Source of the DNA: an uncultured Verrucomicrobiota bacterium
GTDB lineage: Bacteria; Verrucomicrobiota; Verrucomicrobiia; Verrucomicrobiales; Akkermansiaceae
Assembly: GCA_913063525.1 (NCBI GenBank)
Contig: CAJXYV010000001.1
Span: 1 to 59,330 of the forward strand
Direction of reading: 5' to 3'
Length of the DNA stretch: 59,330 bases
The position numbers and the translations under genes were made by a program. Under the pieces are notes generated by a model that made no database searches, was not told the origin of the DNA, and saw only the letters and a program-made list of their open reading frames with translations. Below are positions 1 to 10,109 of the stretch, in pieces; within the stretch, counting starts at the first letter, position 1; every line of letters begins with the position of its first letter.

Positions 1-104
1 AGCGTCAACCGGTGCCGTTCGAGCGTCAACCGGTCCTGTTCGAGCGTCAACCGGTGCCGTTCGAGCGTCAACCGGTGCTGTTCGAGCGTCAACCGGTCCG
101 GTTC
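1..104. repeat. 21-bp tandem array A (GAGCGTCAACCGGTGCCGTTC, 5 copies, runs off the left window edge)
   Basis: Units at 1, 21, 42, 63 and 84 differ only in the 3 bases before GTTC; no spacers. Confidence 0.95.
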
Positions 105-219
105 GCGCGTGGCAAAAGACCTCAATCGAGGGGTGGGAGTTTCCCCCAAAGCCATGGAGAGTCACTTCAGGACGCAGAAATGGCGCGGATGCTCCCCCAG
201 CGGAAGTGTGAAGGGGCGA

Positions 220-855
220 TCACTCGATGATGACGCGGGTGCCTTCTTTGACTTTGGAATAGACGACTGGCATGGTGGCGCTGGGGCCGCGGACACAGGC
301 GTGGGAGGCCGGGCGGCGTTTGACAGGGCCGATGTGGTGGCCGACGCCGTCGTGGGTGAGGCGCATCCAGTAGCGCATGGAGGCGCCTTCGAAGCGGCCG
401 CCCTCGGGGACGGCGTCCATGGAAAGATCGGCGTTGTTGTTCACTTCCGCACCGGTGGCGTCGTAGATGTGGCCGTATTTGTTGGATCGTTTCTCAACGA
501 TTTTTTCGAGAATATAGAAGGTGCCGGTGGGTGTGGGGCGGACGGGGATGCCCGAACAGATCGGGTAGTCGAGCACCACTTCGTCGCCATTCATCAGGAA
601 TCCGCGTTGTTTGGCGAGGCTGATGAAGAGCGAGGAGTTTTCGGAGTTCGTTTGGGCGAGCAGGGCGTCGTTTTTCCAAACGGCGTAGGTTTTGGGGTAG
701 GTCGGCTCTGCCTTGAAGTGCTCGTAGGTGCCTGCGGCGAATGGATTGATCGGCTTGCCGTTTTTGAGGGCGACAGCGGTGGACTTGTGGCTGGCGCAGC
801 TGGCCAGTAGAAGCGTGGCGACGGCAAACTGGGCAACAATTCGGAGCGAGATCAT
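220..855 (-). CDS. L,D-transpeptidase (YkuD family) lipoprotein
   Basis: Lipobox-like LLASC, PTPTGTFYILEK, catalytic H...SHACVR motif. Confidence 0.85.
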   Translation of the reverse strand: MISLRIVAQFAVATLLLASCASHKSTAVALKNGKPINPFAAGTYEHFKAEPTYPKTYAVWKNDALLAQTNSENSSLFISLAKQRGFLMNGDEVVLDYPICSGIPVRPTPTGTFYILEKIVEKRSNKYGHIYDATGAEVNNNADLSMDAVPEGGRFEGASMRYWMRLTHDGVGHHIGPVKRRPASHACVRGPSATMPVVYSKVKEGTRVIIE

Positions 856-910
856 ATGGGAGACGCAGGTGGCAAGGAGATTTAGAACGGATTTTGCGGG
901 ATTGCAATGC

Positions 911-1951
911 TCATGCGTTTTTCACGGTGGCACCATCGACCCAATGGCTGCCGATGAGGGTGGCGCGCGGGTGCTCGGGGACACCGCGTTCGTTGTGATG
1001 GATCATGGAAATGAGCATGTCCACCGCGGCCGCGCCGACCAGATCGTTGCGCTGGTCCATGCCCGCCCAGGCGCCGTGGTCGGCCCGCCATTCGTATTGG
1101 ATCAGTCCGACGTCTTGCGGCACGCGCAGACCGAGGTCTTCAACCCAGCGTTTCACTTCGTGGTAGAGGGTGAAGATGACGTCGGGCTGATTTTCAGCGA
1201 ACCACTGAGAAAAGACGGCGCGATCGTGGCGGGCGGCGGCGACTTCGTAAAACGGCTGGGTCCGCTGTTCCTGCGGCAAGAGGCGGCTCTGGCCGATGAG
1301 GAATCCGGCGGAAAAGCGCCCTTCGATCAGGTCGTCGATCACGCCGTCCAGCACCAGCGCCGGCCGCCGATAGCCGAGGGCCACGGCCTTTTCGAACGCG
1401 ACCAGTGCCAGCGTGTGCTGATCGCTGCAGGCGAAGGAGAGCGCGGGTTCGCGGGTGCGCACGCCTGTGACGAGGGCGGGAAACTCATCCCACAGCGGGG
1501 CGAGGTGGGCGGGCAGGCGGTTGCGTTGCATCAGCCCCACAATGACCATGCCGCGGATATTGCGCGCACGGAACATCGAGAGCCAGCGGGCGACGGGCAT
1601 GTTTGGCTCGTGCAGCCAGAATTCTTCCAGCTGATAGCCAAGCCCTTTGGCGCGCTGGTGGCAGCCGGCGACGTAGGCGGGAATGGTGGGGTGCCGGGAA
1701 AGGGCGTCGCGGCGTTCATGGGCATTGATGATGGCTAGGCTCGCTTGGAAACCGGGCGAGCGGTTTTGGCGGAGTTCTGCCATTAGATGCGCGACGGTGG
1801 GATTGAGCCGATAGCCCATGGCGCTGGCGATCTCGGCGATGCGAACGCGGGTGGTCTCGGAAATCCTCGGACTCCCGCGCAGGGCGAGGCTAACCGTGTT
1901 TTTGGAAACGCCGGCAGCTTGGGCGACCTCTGCCATGGTGGGCTGCGTCAT
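911..1951 (-). CDS. LacI-family transcriptional regulator, divergent from araBAD
   Basis: N-terminal HTH TMAEVAQAAGVSKNTVSLALRG with a periplasmic-binding-like C-terminal domain. Confidence 0.9.
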   Translation of the reverse strand: MTQPTMAEVAQAAGVSKNTVSLALRGSPRISETTRVRIAEIASAMGYRLNPTVAHLMAELRQNRSPGFQASLAIINAHERRDALSRHPTIPAYVAGCHQRAKGLGYQLEEFWLHEPNMPVARWLSMFRARNIRGMVIVGLMQRNRLPAHLAPLWDEFPALVTGVRTREPALSFACSDQHTLALVAFEKAVALGYRRPALVLDGVIDDLIEGRFSAGFLIGQSRLLPQEQRTQPFYEVAAARHDRAVFSQWFAENQPDVIFTLYHEVKRWVEDLGLRVPQDVGLIQYEWRADHGAWAGMDQRNDLVGAAAVDMLISMIHHNERGVPEHPRATLIGSHWVDGATVKNA

Positions 1952-1993
1952 GGGGCGGATTTTCCCCAGAATATCCGGGGAGTCGAGCCCGGA

Positions 1994-2008
1994 GTATGAC
2001 TGTCATAC
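1994..2008. promoter_or_regulatory. Candidate operator, perfect 7-1-7 palindrome GTATGAC-T-GTCATAC
   Basis: Lies in the ~105-bp divergent gap between the LacI gene and araB. Confidence 0.6.
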
Positions 2009-2056
2009 GATTTACCGCTTCCCGTTGTGGGCCGGCTTGTTCATGAAGGGTGTCTC

Positions 2057-3721
2057 ATGCCATTCACCATCGGACTCGACTACGGTACCAATTCCGCCCG
2101 CGCACTCGTCGTGGACTGCTCTAACGGCCGCGAAATCGGCACGGCGGTGGTGAATTACCCGTCGGGGAATCAGGGGATTTTGCTCAACCCAGCAGACCAC
2201 TTGCTCGCCCGCCAGAGTCCTGCGGATTATGTTTTTGCGGTGGAGCAAGCGACCTTGCAGGCACTGGCCCAAGCGCGCGAGACGGAGCCATCGTTTTCTA
2301 ACGACCAAGTGATCGGCATCGGCATGGACGGTACGGGCTCCAGCCCATTGCCTGTCGATGCCAACAATGTGCCGCTGTCGTACAACCCCATTTTTGCCGA
2401 CAACCTGAACGCGCAGTGCTGGCTGTGGAAGGACCACACCAGCATTCCCGAGGCCGCAGCGGTCACTGCCACTGCGCGCGAACTCCGCCCGCAATACCTC
2501 GCGAAAATCGGCGGCACTTATTCTTCCGAGTGGTTCTGGGCGAAAGTCTGGCACTGCCTCAAGGTTGATCCTGCGGTTTTCGATGCCGCTTATTCGTGGG
2601 TCGAGCTGGCGGACTTCATTCCTGCGGTGCTTGGTGGAGTCACCGATCCAACGGCGATCCGCCGCGGCGTTTGCATGGCCGGCCACAAGGCGCTCTATGC
2701 CGAAGATTGGGGCGGCCTTCCCGACAAGGAATTCCTCAGCGCGCTCGATCCGAAACTCGCCGCGCTGCGCGACCGACTTTACACCGAAGCCTTCGACGCA
2801 TCCGCCATCGCTGGCAATCTTTGCCCCGAGTGGGCGGCTAAACTCGGATTGCCCGAGGGCATCCCGATCGCCATCGGCGAGATGGACGTTCACTACGGTG
2901 CCATCGGCTGCGGCGTGGATGAAGGCACGCTGGTCAAGGTCATCGGCACTTCCACCTGCGATTGCGCGGTGGTTTCTGCGGACAAGACGGTCGCCGATAT
3001 CCCAGGCATCTGCGGCATCGTCAAAGGCGCGATCCTTCCCGGCTATTTCGGCATCGAGGCGGGCCAATCTGCCGTCGGCGATATTTTCAAGTGGTGGGTG
3101 GAAGGCGTGCTTGGCGATGCTTCGCTGCACGGTCCACTGACCGAACAAGCGGCGACGATGAATCCCGGCCAATCGGGATTGCTCGCACTGGACTGGAACA
3201 ATGGCAACCGCACCATCCTCGTCGATCAAGGTCTAACGGGACTGCTGCTCGGCCAAACGCTTTACACCACGCAGGCGGAGATTTACCGCACGCTGATCGA
3301 GGGCACGGCCTTCGGCGCACGCGCGATCATCGACCGCATCCGCGAGTACGGCGTGCCCGTGAATCGCATCGTCTGCTCGGGTGGCATCGCTGAGAAGAAT
3401 CCGTTGCTCATGCAGATTTACGCGGACGTCACTGGCTGCGAAATGCGGCTTTCCCGCTCGTCCCAATCCTGCGCCCTCGGTTCCGCCATCGGTGCGGCGG
3501 TGGTTGCAGGTGCGCATCCCGACTTTGCCGCGGCTCAAGCTGCAATGACTGGACTACAGGAAATCACCTATCGCCCGATCGTTGCCAACCAAGCGATCTA
3601 CAACCAGCTTTACGCGCTCTATCGCCAACTGCACGACGCATTCGGCGGTGTGACACCCAACAGCGATCTCGGCCGCGTGATGAAGGATCTTCTCGCACTG
3701 AAAGCCCAACAATCTCACTAA
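2057..3721 (+). CDS. araB: L-ribulokinase
   Basis: FGGY kinase: IGLDYGTNSARAL, LWKDHT, YSSEWFWAK, LDWNNGNRT; adjacent to araA/araD; ATG 2057 preferred over 2027. Confidence 0.93.
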   Translation: MPFTIGLDYGTNSARALVVDCSNGREIGTAVVNYPSGNQGILLNPADHLLARQSPADYVFAVEQATLQALAQARETEPSFSNDQVIGIGMDGTGSSPLPVDANNVPLSYNPIFADNLNAQCWLWKDHTSIPEAAAVTATARELRPQYLAKIGGTYSSEWFWAKVWHCLKVDPAVFDAAYSWVELADFIPAVLGGVTDPTAIRRGVCMAGHKALYAEDWGGLPDKEFLSALDPKLAALRDRLYTEAFDASAIAGNLCPEWAAKLGLPEGIPIAIGEMDVHYGAIGCGVDEGTLVKVIGTSTCDCAVVSADKTVADIPGICGIVKGAILPGYFGIEAGQSAVGDIFKWWVEGVLGDASLHGPLTEQAATMNPGQSGLLALDWNNGNRTILVDQGLTGLLLGQTLYTTQAEIYRTLIEGTAFGARAIIDRIREYGVPVNRIVCSGGIAEKNPLLMQIYADVTGCEMRLSRSSQSCALGSAIGAAVVAGAHPDFAAAQAAMTGLQEITYRPIVANQAIYNQLYALYRQLHDAFGGVTPNSDLGRVMKDLLALKAQQSH

Positions 3722-3739
3722 CTTTTACCCATCATACCC

Positions 3740-5260
3740 ATGTCTAACATCAATTCCTTCGATCATCTCGAAATCTGGTTCGTCACCGGTTCCCAGCATC
3801 TTTACGGGCCAACGGCTCTCGCCCAAGTCGATGTGCACGCCAAGGTCGTCGTCGATGCCCTGAACGCATCCGGCACCCTGCCCCACAAGGTCGTCTTTAA
3901 ACCTGTTCTTAAATCCTCCGAGGAAATCACCGAGTTTGCCATGCAGGCGAACGCCGCGGTGAACTGCATCGGCATCATCGCCTGGATGCACACCTTCTCG
4001 CCCTCGAAGATGTGGATCGAAGGTCTGCAAATTCTCCGCAAGCCGCTGGCCGATCTGCACACCCAGTTCAACCGCGACATCCCATGGGAAACCATTGACA
4101 TGGACTTCATGAACTTGAACCAGACCGCCCACGGTGGTCGCGAGTTCGGCCACATCGGTGCCCGCCTGCGCTTGCCGCGCAAGGCCGTCGTCGGACATTG
4201 GCAAGATTCCGAAGTGCACGAGCGCCTCGCTGCATGGGCCCGCGCGGCTCGTGGTTGGTACGCATCGCGCCGCCTCAAGCTCGCCCGCATCGGCGACAAC
4301 ATGCGTTATGTTGCCGTCACCGAAGGCGATAAGGTTTCCGCCCAAATCCGTTTCGGCTGGGAAGTGAACACTTACGGCATCGGCGATCTCGTTGCGAAAA
4401 TCAACGCCACCTCCGACGCTCAAGTCGATGCGCTCTGCGCGCTTTACGAAGAGAAATACCGCGTCGCTCCCGAGCTAAAAAAGGGTGCTGCCCGCCACCA
4501 ATCTCTGCGCGATTCTGCCGCGATCGAAATCGGCCTCCGTGCCCTGCTTGAAGAAGGCGGCTTCACCGCGTTCACCACGACCTTCGAAGATCTCCACGGC
4601 ATGAAACAACTGCCAGGCCTGGCCGTGCAACGTCTGATGGAAGACGGCTACGGTTTCGCCGGCGAAGGCGACTGGAAGACCGCGGCCCTCACCCGCGTCA
4701 TGAAAGTCATGGCCCACGGTCTGCCCGGCGGCACTTCCTTCATGGAAGACTATACCTACCACCTCGATCCTGCGAACCCGTTGGTTCTCGGCTCCCACAT
4801 GTTGGAGATCTGTCCATCGATCGCTTCCGAAGTGCCGAAGATCGAAATCCACGCTCTCGGCATCGGTGGCAAGGAAGATCCATGCCGCATGGTTTTCGAC
4901 TGTCCCGCCGGTGCTGCGGTGAATGCCTCGGTGATCGATCTGGGCAACCGCCATCGTTTCCTCGTCAGCGAAGTCGAGTGCGTCGCGCCAGTCCAAGATC
5001 TTCCGAAACTTCCCGTTGCCCGCGTGTTGTGGAAAGCGCTTCCCGACCTCAAGACCGCGACGGCCGCATGGATCTACGCCGGTGGCGCCCACCACACGGT
5101 GCTTTCCTACGCGCTCACCAGCGAGCACCTCGAAGACTTCACCGAAATCGCCAAGATTGAACTCAGCGTGATTGACGAAGAGACCCGCCTCCGCTCCTAT
5201 AAAACCGAGCTTCGTCAGGCCGACCTCTACTTCCACCTCGCCCAAGGCATCCAAGGCTAA
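3740..5260 (+). CDS. araA: L-arabinose isomerase
   Basis: [67 protein letters not shown]. Confidence 0.97.
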   Translation: MSNINSFDHLEIWFVTGSQHLYGPTALAQVDVHAKVVVDALNASGTLPHKVVFKPVLKSSEEITEFAMQANAAVNCIGIIAWMHTFSPSKMWIEGLQILRKPLADLHTQFNRDIPWETIDMDFMNLNQTAHGGREFGHIGARLRLPRKAVVGHWQDSEVHERLAAWARAARGWYASRRLKLARIGDNMRYVAVTEGDKVSAQIRFGWEVNTYGIGDLVAKINATSDAQVDALCALYEEKYRVAPELKKGAARHQSLRDSAAIEIGLRALLEEGGFTAFTTTFEDLHGMKQLPGLAVQRLMEDGYGFAGEGDWKTAALTRVMKVMAHGLPGGTSFMEDYTYHLDPANPLVLGSHMLEICPSIASEVPKIEIHALGIGGKEDPCRMVFDCPAGAAVNASVIDLGNRHRFLVSEVECVAPVQDLPKLPVARVLWKALPDLKTATAAWIYAGGAHHTVLSYALTSEHLEDFTEIAKIELSVIDEETRLRSYKTELRQADLYFHLAQGIQG

Positions 5261-5278
5261 TTCTTAACTCTCTCCTTC

Positions 5279-5977
5279 ATGTCCGATTACCAAGCGCTCA
5301 AGGAAGAATGCCTCAAGGCGAATCTCGACCTGCCCAAGACGGGCTTGGTCGATCTCACCTTTGGCAATGTTTCCGTCGCCGATCCGGAACGTCGCGTTTT
5401 CGCGATCAAGCCCAGCGGCGTGAGTTACGACGAACTCCGTAGCGAGCATGTCGTGGTGTTGGATTTTGAAGGCAAAGTGATTGAGGGAACGCTGCGACCG
5501 TCGTCCGACACACCCACCCATCGCCATCTCTATCTCCACTTTGCGGGGATTCGTTCCGTGGTGCACACACACTCGCGCAGCGCGGTTGCCTTCGCCCAAG
5601 CGGGGATCGACTTGCCTTGTCTCGGCACCACCCATTGCGATTATTTCAATGGGGCGGTTCCCGTCACGCGGACGATGACTCCCGACGAAGTTGGCAGCGA
5701 ATACGAATGGGAAACTGGCAAGGTGATCGTCGAGCGCTTCGCTGGCCTTGACCCGTTAGAAGTCCCTGCCGTGCTCGTCAAAAACCACGGCCCCTTTGCC
5801 TGGGGCCCCAGTGCGGCCAAAGCCGTGGAAACCGCGCTCGCGCTTGAAATCGTCGCCGACATGGCGATTAAGACGCTTTCGCTCAACCCCACCGCAGCAC
5901 CTGCACCCGCCCATCTCCTCGAAAAGCATTTCACTCGCAAACACGGTCCAAGCGCCTACTACGGCCAATCCAAGTAA
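5279..5977 (+). CDS. araD: L-ribulose-5-phosphate 4-epimerase
   Basis: TFGNVS, IKPSGV, PSSDTPTH, VHTHS, HGPFAWG, KHGPSAYYGQ. Confidence 0.96.
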   Translation: MSDYQALKEECLKANLDLPKTGLVDLTFGNVSVADPERRVFAIKPSGVSYDELRSEHVVVLDFEGKVIEGTLRPSSDTPTHRHLYLHFAGIRSVVHTHSRSAVAFAQAGIDLPCLGTTHCDYFNGAVPVTRTMTPDEVGSEYEWETGKVIVERFAGLDPLEVPAVLVKNHGPFAWGPSAAKAVETALALEIVADMAIKTLSLNPTAAPAPAHLLEKHFTRKHGPSAYYGQSK

Positions 5978-6007
5978 TTCTCCAGAACCCAACACAAAAT
6001 CCAAATC

Positions 6008-6973
6008 ATGAAATCACCCGCATTACGCCTGTTCTCCGCCGCCGCCATTTGCTCACTCGCCCTCGTTGGCTGTGGCAAAAACGACTCATCGTCCGGCAAA
6101 AAACTCAAGCTCGCCTTCGTGAGTAACAACGCCGCGACCTTCTGGACGATCGCCCGCTCCGGTTGCGAAGACGCCGAAAGAACCCTCGGCAATGTCGAAG
6201 TCGACTTCCGCATCCCTTCCACGGGTGGCGCTGCTGAACAACAGCAAATCCTCGACGACCTCCTCGCCAAAGGTGTGGACGGCATCGCGGTGAGCCCAAT
6301 CGATCCCGCGAACCAAACCGCGTTCCTCGACAAGATCGCTAGCCAGACCCTGCTGATCTGCCACGACAGCGATGCACCTGCCAGCAAGCGCGTCGCCTAC
6401 ATCGGTACCGACAACTTCGCCGCAGGTGAAGAAGCCGGCAAGTTGATCAAAGAAGCTCTGCCAGAAGGCGGCAAGATCATGGTATTCGTCGGCGCGACTG
6501 ATGCAGAAAACGCCAAGCAACGTTTCGGCGGCATCAAAAAGGCGATCGAAGGATCCAAGGTTGAAGTCATCGACGTCCGCACCGACGACACCGACACCGT
6601 CCGCGCCCAGAAAAACGCCGAAGACACCTTGGTGAAATATCCCGACATTGCAGCCCTCGTCGGACTTTATAACTATAACGGCCCAGCGATTCTCAACGCC
6701 GTCCGCAGCGCCGGCAAACAAGGGAAAGTCAAAATCGTCTGCTTCGACGAAAACGACGAAACCCTCGAAGGCGTTTCATCCGGCGACATCTACGGCACCG
6801 TGGTCCAACAGCCCTACGAATTCGGCAAACAAGCAATCACCAAGATGGCTCAGCACCTTGCTGGCGACAAAACGGCTCTTGCCGAGGTCAAACAAATCGT
6901 TCCGACACGCAGCTTGAAGCAAGCCGATGTCGCCGACTTCAAGGCGAACTTGAAGAAGATTCTTGGCAAATAA
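6008..6973 (+). CDS. Sugar ABC transporter substrate-binding lipoprotein (probably arabinose/pentose)
   Basis: Lipobox LVGC, periplasmic binding protein motifs YIGTDNFAAG and TVVQQPYEFG; operon context. Confidence 0.88.
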   Translation: MKSPALRLFSAAAICSLALVGCGKNDSSSGKKLKLAFVSNNAATFWTIARSGCEDAERTLGNVEVDFRIPSTGGAAEQQQILDDLLAKGVDGIAVSPIDPANQTAFLDKIASQTLLICHDSDAPASKRVAYIGTDNFAAGEEAGKLIKEALPEGGKIMVFVGATDAENAKQRFGGIKKAIEGSKVEVIDVRTDDTDTVRAQKNAEDTLVKYPDIAALVGLYNYNGPAILNAVRSAGKQGKVKIVCFDENDETLEGVSSGDIYGTVVQQPYEFGKQAITKMAQHLAGDKTALAEVKQIVPTRSLKQADVADFKANLKKILGK

Positions 6974-6982
6974 CTCCCTTCG

Positions 6983-8554
6983 ATGTCAGAGCCGATCCTC
7001 ACTCCCCAATCACCTATCATCCACATGGACTCCACCCCTCTGCTTGAAATGCGAGGCATCTCCAAACGCTTCCCCGGTGTGGTGGCGTTAGATGGAGTAA
7101 GCCTTAGCGTTGGCAGAGGAGAAGTCCTCGCGCTCTGCGGTGAAAACGGCGCAGGTAAGTCCACTCTCATGAAAATCCTGGGGGGAATTTACCAACCCGA
7201 AGAAGGGGAGTTATGGGTCGACGGTAAGCCCGTGAAGATCCAAGACGTCAATGATTCGATGCGCTTGGGGATCGGCTTCATTCATCAAGAGCTCAATGTC
7301 CTCGATAATCTCGACATCGCAGCGAACATCTTCCTCGGCCGCGAGCCGTTGGTCACGCCGTTCAAGCTGATCGATCGCAAGAAGATCCACGCCGACACCG
7401 CGCCGCTACTCAAGCGGCTGGGCTTGGACATTCCTAGTGACACCCTGCTTCGCAATCTCTCCATCGCCCAACAGCAGATGGTGGAAATCGCCAAGGCGCT
7501 TTCATTGAATGCCCGGCTTATCATCATGGATGAGCCGACATCCAGCCTCACACTCACCGAAACGGATTGCCTGCTCGACCTGATCGCCGGGCTTCGTGCC
7601 GAGGGTGTTAGCATTGTTTACATTTCCCACCGCCTCGGCGAAGTCAGCCGCTGTGCCGACCGCGTGGTGGTCCTGCGCGACGGCAAAAACGCCGGCGGCT
7701 TGGATCGCGCTGACATCAATCACGACAACATCGTCGCCAAGATGGTCGGCCGCGAAATCAAGAACACCCGTCTGGCCTCCGACGCACCCAAAACACCCGG
7801 CTTTCTCAAAGTGCGCAACGCGCGCTCCAGCCGTTATCCAAACCAGAGTGTTTCGTTCGACGCCGCTCGCGGCGAAGTTCTCGGCTTCGCAGGACTCGTC
7901 GGCGCGGGCCGCTCGGAGATCATGAAAGCCTTGGTCGGGCTGGACGAACAAGGAGCTGCCGAAGTCACGCTAGGCAACCAATCATTGCGCATTCGCCGCG
8001 CGAGCGATGCGATCGACAATGGCATTTTCCTCGTTCCTGAAGATCGCCGCGGAGAAGGTCTCGTCGTCGGAATGTCGGTGAGGGAAAACACCACCCTACC
8101 CTCTCTCGCAACTTACTCGACAGCGGGTATCATCAGCAAAGCGCGCGAGACGGCCATCACCAACGAGCAGATTGTTTCGCTCAAAATCAAAACCCCCAAT
8201 GCGGAATCGCTGATTCGCAATCTCAGCGGCGGCAACCAGCAGAAAGTCGTCATCGGCAAGTGGCTGGCGATGGGACCCAAAGTATTGATCCTCGACGAAC
8301 CGACTCGCGGCATCGACGTCGGCGCCAAGGCCGAAATTTACAAGCTGATCCGCACCCTCGCTGACAACGGCGCAGTCATTCTCATGATCAGCAGCGACAT
8401 GGAAGAAGTGCTCCACGTCAGTGACCGCATCGCGGTGATGCATGAAGGCCACATCACCGGCGTGCTTGATCGCCCAGACTGCGACGAACAAAACATCATG
8501 CAGCTCGCCGTCGGTCGCACGTCGCCAGTTAGCAAGCCCGCCTTCGTCGCCTAA
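6983..8554 (+). CDS. Sugar ABC transporter ATP-binding protein (two NBDs, RbsA/AraG-like)
   Basis: Walker A GENGAGKSTLMK, IIMDEPT, LSGGNQQKV, DEPTRGIDVGAK; start may be ATG 7025. Confidence 0.93.
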   Translation: MSEPILTPQSPIIHMDSTPLLEMRGISKRFPGVVALDGVSLSVGRGEVLALCGENGAGKSTLMKILGGIYQPEEGELWVDGKPVKIQDVNDSMRLGIGFIHQELNVLDNLDIAANIFLGREPLVTPFKLIDRKKIHADTAPLLKRLGLDIPSDTLLRNLSIAQQQMVEIAKALSLNARLIIMDEPTSSLTLTETDCLLDLIAGLRAEGVSIVYISHRLGEVSRCADRVVVLRDGKNAGGLDRADINHDNIVAKMVGREIKNTRLASDAPKTPGFLKVRNARSSRYPNQSVSFDAARGEVLGFAGLVGAGRSEIMKALVGLDEQGAAEVTLGNQSLRIRRASDAIDNGIFLVPEDRRGEGLVVGMSVRENTTLPSLATYSTAGIISKARETAITNEQIVSLKIKTPNAESLIRNLSGGNQQKVVIGKWLAMGPKVLILDEPTRGIDVGAKAEIYKLIRTLADNGAVILMISSDMEEVLHVSDRIAVMHEGHITGVLDRPDCDEQNIMQLAVGRTSPVSKPAFVA

Positions 8555-8578
8555 TTTTTCCAATCATCCTAGTAACAC

Positions 8579-9535
8579 ATGAAAAAAGAACTCGGGATTT
8601 TCTCCCTCCTCGTCGTCCTCTGCATTGTCACCGCCTCGATCAACCCGCGGTTCATCTCGCCGACGAATTTGACGAACATGGCCAACCTGATCGGCCTCTT
8701 CGGCGTCTTTAGCATCGGCCTTGGCTTGGTCATTATCACGGGCGGGATCGATCTTTCGGTCGGCTCGATGTTTGCACTGTGTGGCGTGTTATTGCCTTTA
8801 GCTCTGACCAAATGGGGATTCTCTTGGCCCTTGGCCGCTTTGTTAGTCATCGCCATTCCAATGGCTCTCGGCTGGGTCCACGGCGCGCTGATCACGCGGA
8901 TGAAAATGCAGCCGTTCATCGTCACCCTGTGCGGCCTGATGATCTATCGCGGTGCCGCCCGCTTCATCGCAAACGATAGCACCCTCGGGTTCGGCGCCGG
9001 ATCGGGTTTCGAAACGCTGCGCAGCATCGCCAGTGGTAAATTTCTCGAAGTCCCCATGCCATTCGTCATGCTCGTCGTGATTGGCCTGATCATGTGGGTT
9101 CTCTTGCACCGTTCGATCTATGGCCGCTACCTGCTGGCCGTGGGACGCAACGAGGAAGCCGCGCGCTTCTCGGGCATCAATACGCGGATGGTGATCACTG
9201 GCAGTTATGTCATCGCCGGCCTGCTTACGGGGGTTTCGGGCATCATGCTCGCCTTCTACACCAACTCGGTTTCCCCGTCGAACTACGGCAACTCCTACGA
9301 ACTCTATGCCATCGCAGCCGCGGTGCTCGGCGGCTGCAGCCTGCGCGGCGGCGAAGGTTCCATCGTCGGCATCATCATCGGCACCGCCCTTCTTCAAGTC
9401 CTCCAAAACCTCGTTAACCTGCTAGGCATCCCCAGCTCGCTCAACTTCGCCGTCATGGGCACCGTTGTTCTGCTCGGCGTCATGGCCGATCAAATGCTCC
9501 AACGCCGCGCCGCGGCAAAACTGGTGGCGCTTTAA
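8579..9535 (+). CDS. Sugar ABC transporter permease (RbsC/AraH-like)
   Basis: IITGGIDLSVGS, multiple TM segments, YELYAIAAAVLGG.SL.GG.G. Confidence 0.92.
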   Translation: MKKELGIFSLLVVLCIVTASINPRFISPTNLTNMANLIGLFGVFSIGLGLVIITGGIDLSVGSMFALCGVLLPLALTKWGFSWPLAALLVIAIPMALGWVHGALITRMKMQPFIVTLCGLMIYRGAARFIANDSTLGFGAGSGFETLRSIASGKFLEVPMPFVMLVVIGLIMWVLLHRSIYGRYLLAVGRNEEAARFSGINTRMVITGSYVIAGLLTGVSGIMLAFYTNSVSPSNYGNSYELYAIAAAVLGGCSLRGGEGSIVGIIIGTALLQVLQNLVNLLGIPSSLNFAVMGTVVLLGVMADQMLQRRAAAKLVAL

Positions 9536-9606
9536 GTTCCTCCACGCATCGATTCGCGGCTTTTCTCTTGAACATCCAGCAGGCCGCGCTAAGAAACCTT
9601 CTGTCG

Positions 9607-9963
9607 ATGACGTCGCTATTCAAATGCCTCATGGTGTTCTGCGTGCTGGCTGGGCTACACGCCTCGGCCGTCGCTAGCGATGTTTGCCGTTCGACAGCTT
9701 GTTCAGAACCAGCCGCTCACTGCGGCACCACAGGGACTTGCAGTTCAAGTTCGCCAAAAGATATTCATCACGAAGGCGATTCGTGTCCGCTGGATCACCA
9801 TCACCACTGCGGCTGCTGCACCCACGCGCTCCCGATGACTGTTGAAAACGAGCCCGTTTGCCAAATCGGCATTGCGGGAACTTTGCTTTCAGGGGCCTTT
9901 CACGAGAGTGACTTGGTGCCCGAAGAACCCTTTTTGAGTTCGGAAAAACCGCCGTTGATTTGA
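9607..9963 (+). CDS. Small exported His/Cys-rich protein upstream of the metal efflux operon (CzcI/DUF2946-like)
   Basis: Signal-like N-terminus, DHHHHCGCC, C-terminal EKPPLI; start may be 9568 or 9607. Confidence 0.6.
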   Translation: MTSLFKCLMVFCVLAGLHASAVASDVCRSTACSEPAAHCGTTGTCSSSSPKDIHHEGDSCPLDHHHHCGCCTHALPMTVENEPVCQIGIAGTLLSGAFHESDLVPEEPFLSSEKPPLI

Positions 9964-10109
9964 GCGCCCTTTGATGCAGCTCCGGCGTGCCCTTATGGCC
10001 CGCCGTTTTCTCTTTCGATGGCACCTTTTTTGCCATTGAAAGGTCTTCGTTAGATTCGTTTTTCCATGTTCTCCGTCCTTTTAAGGCAAGAACGACCCAC
10101 TCAAATTCC

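Noticed and set aside
109-1738. Plus-strand ORFs of 233 and 336 aa
   Set aside because: Antisense to the well-supported L,D-transpeptidase and LacI genes.
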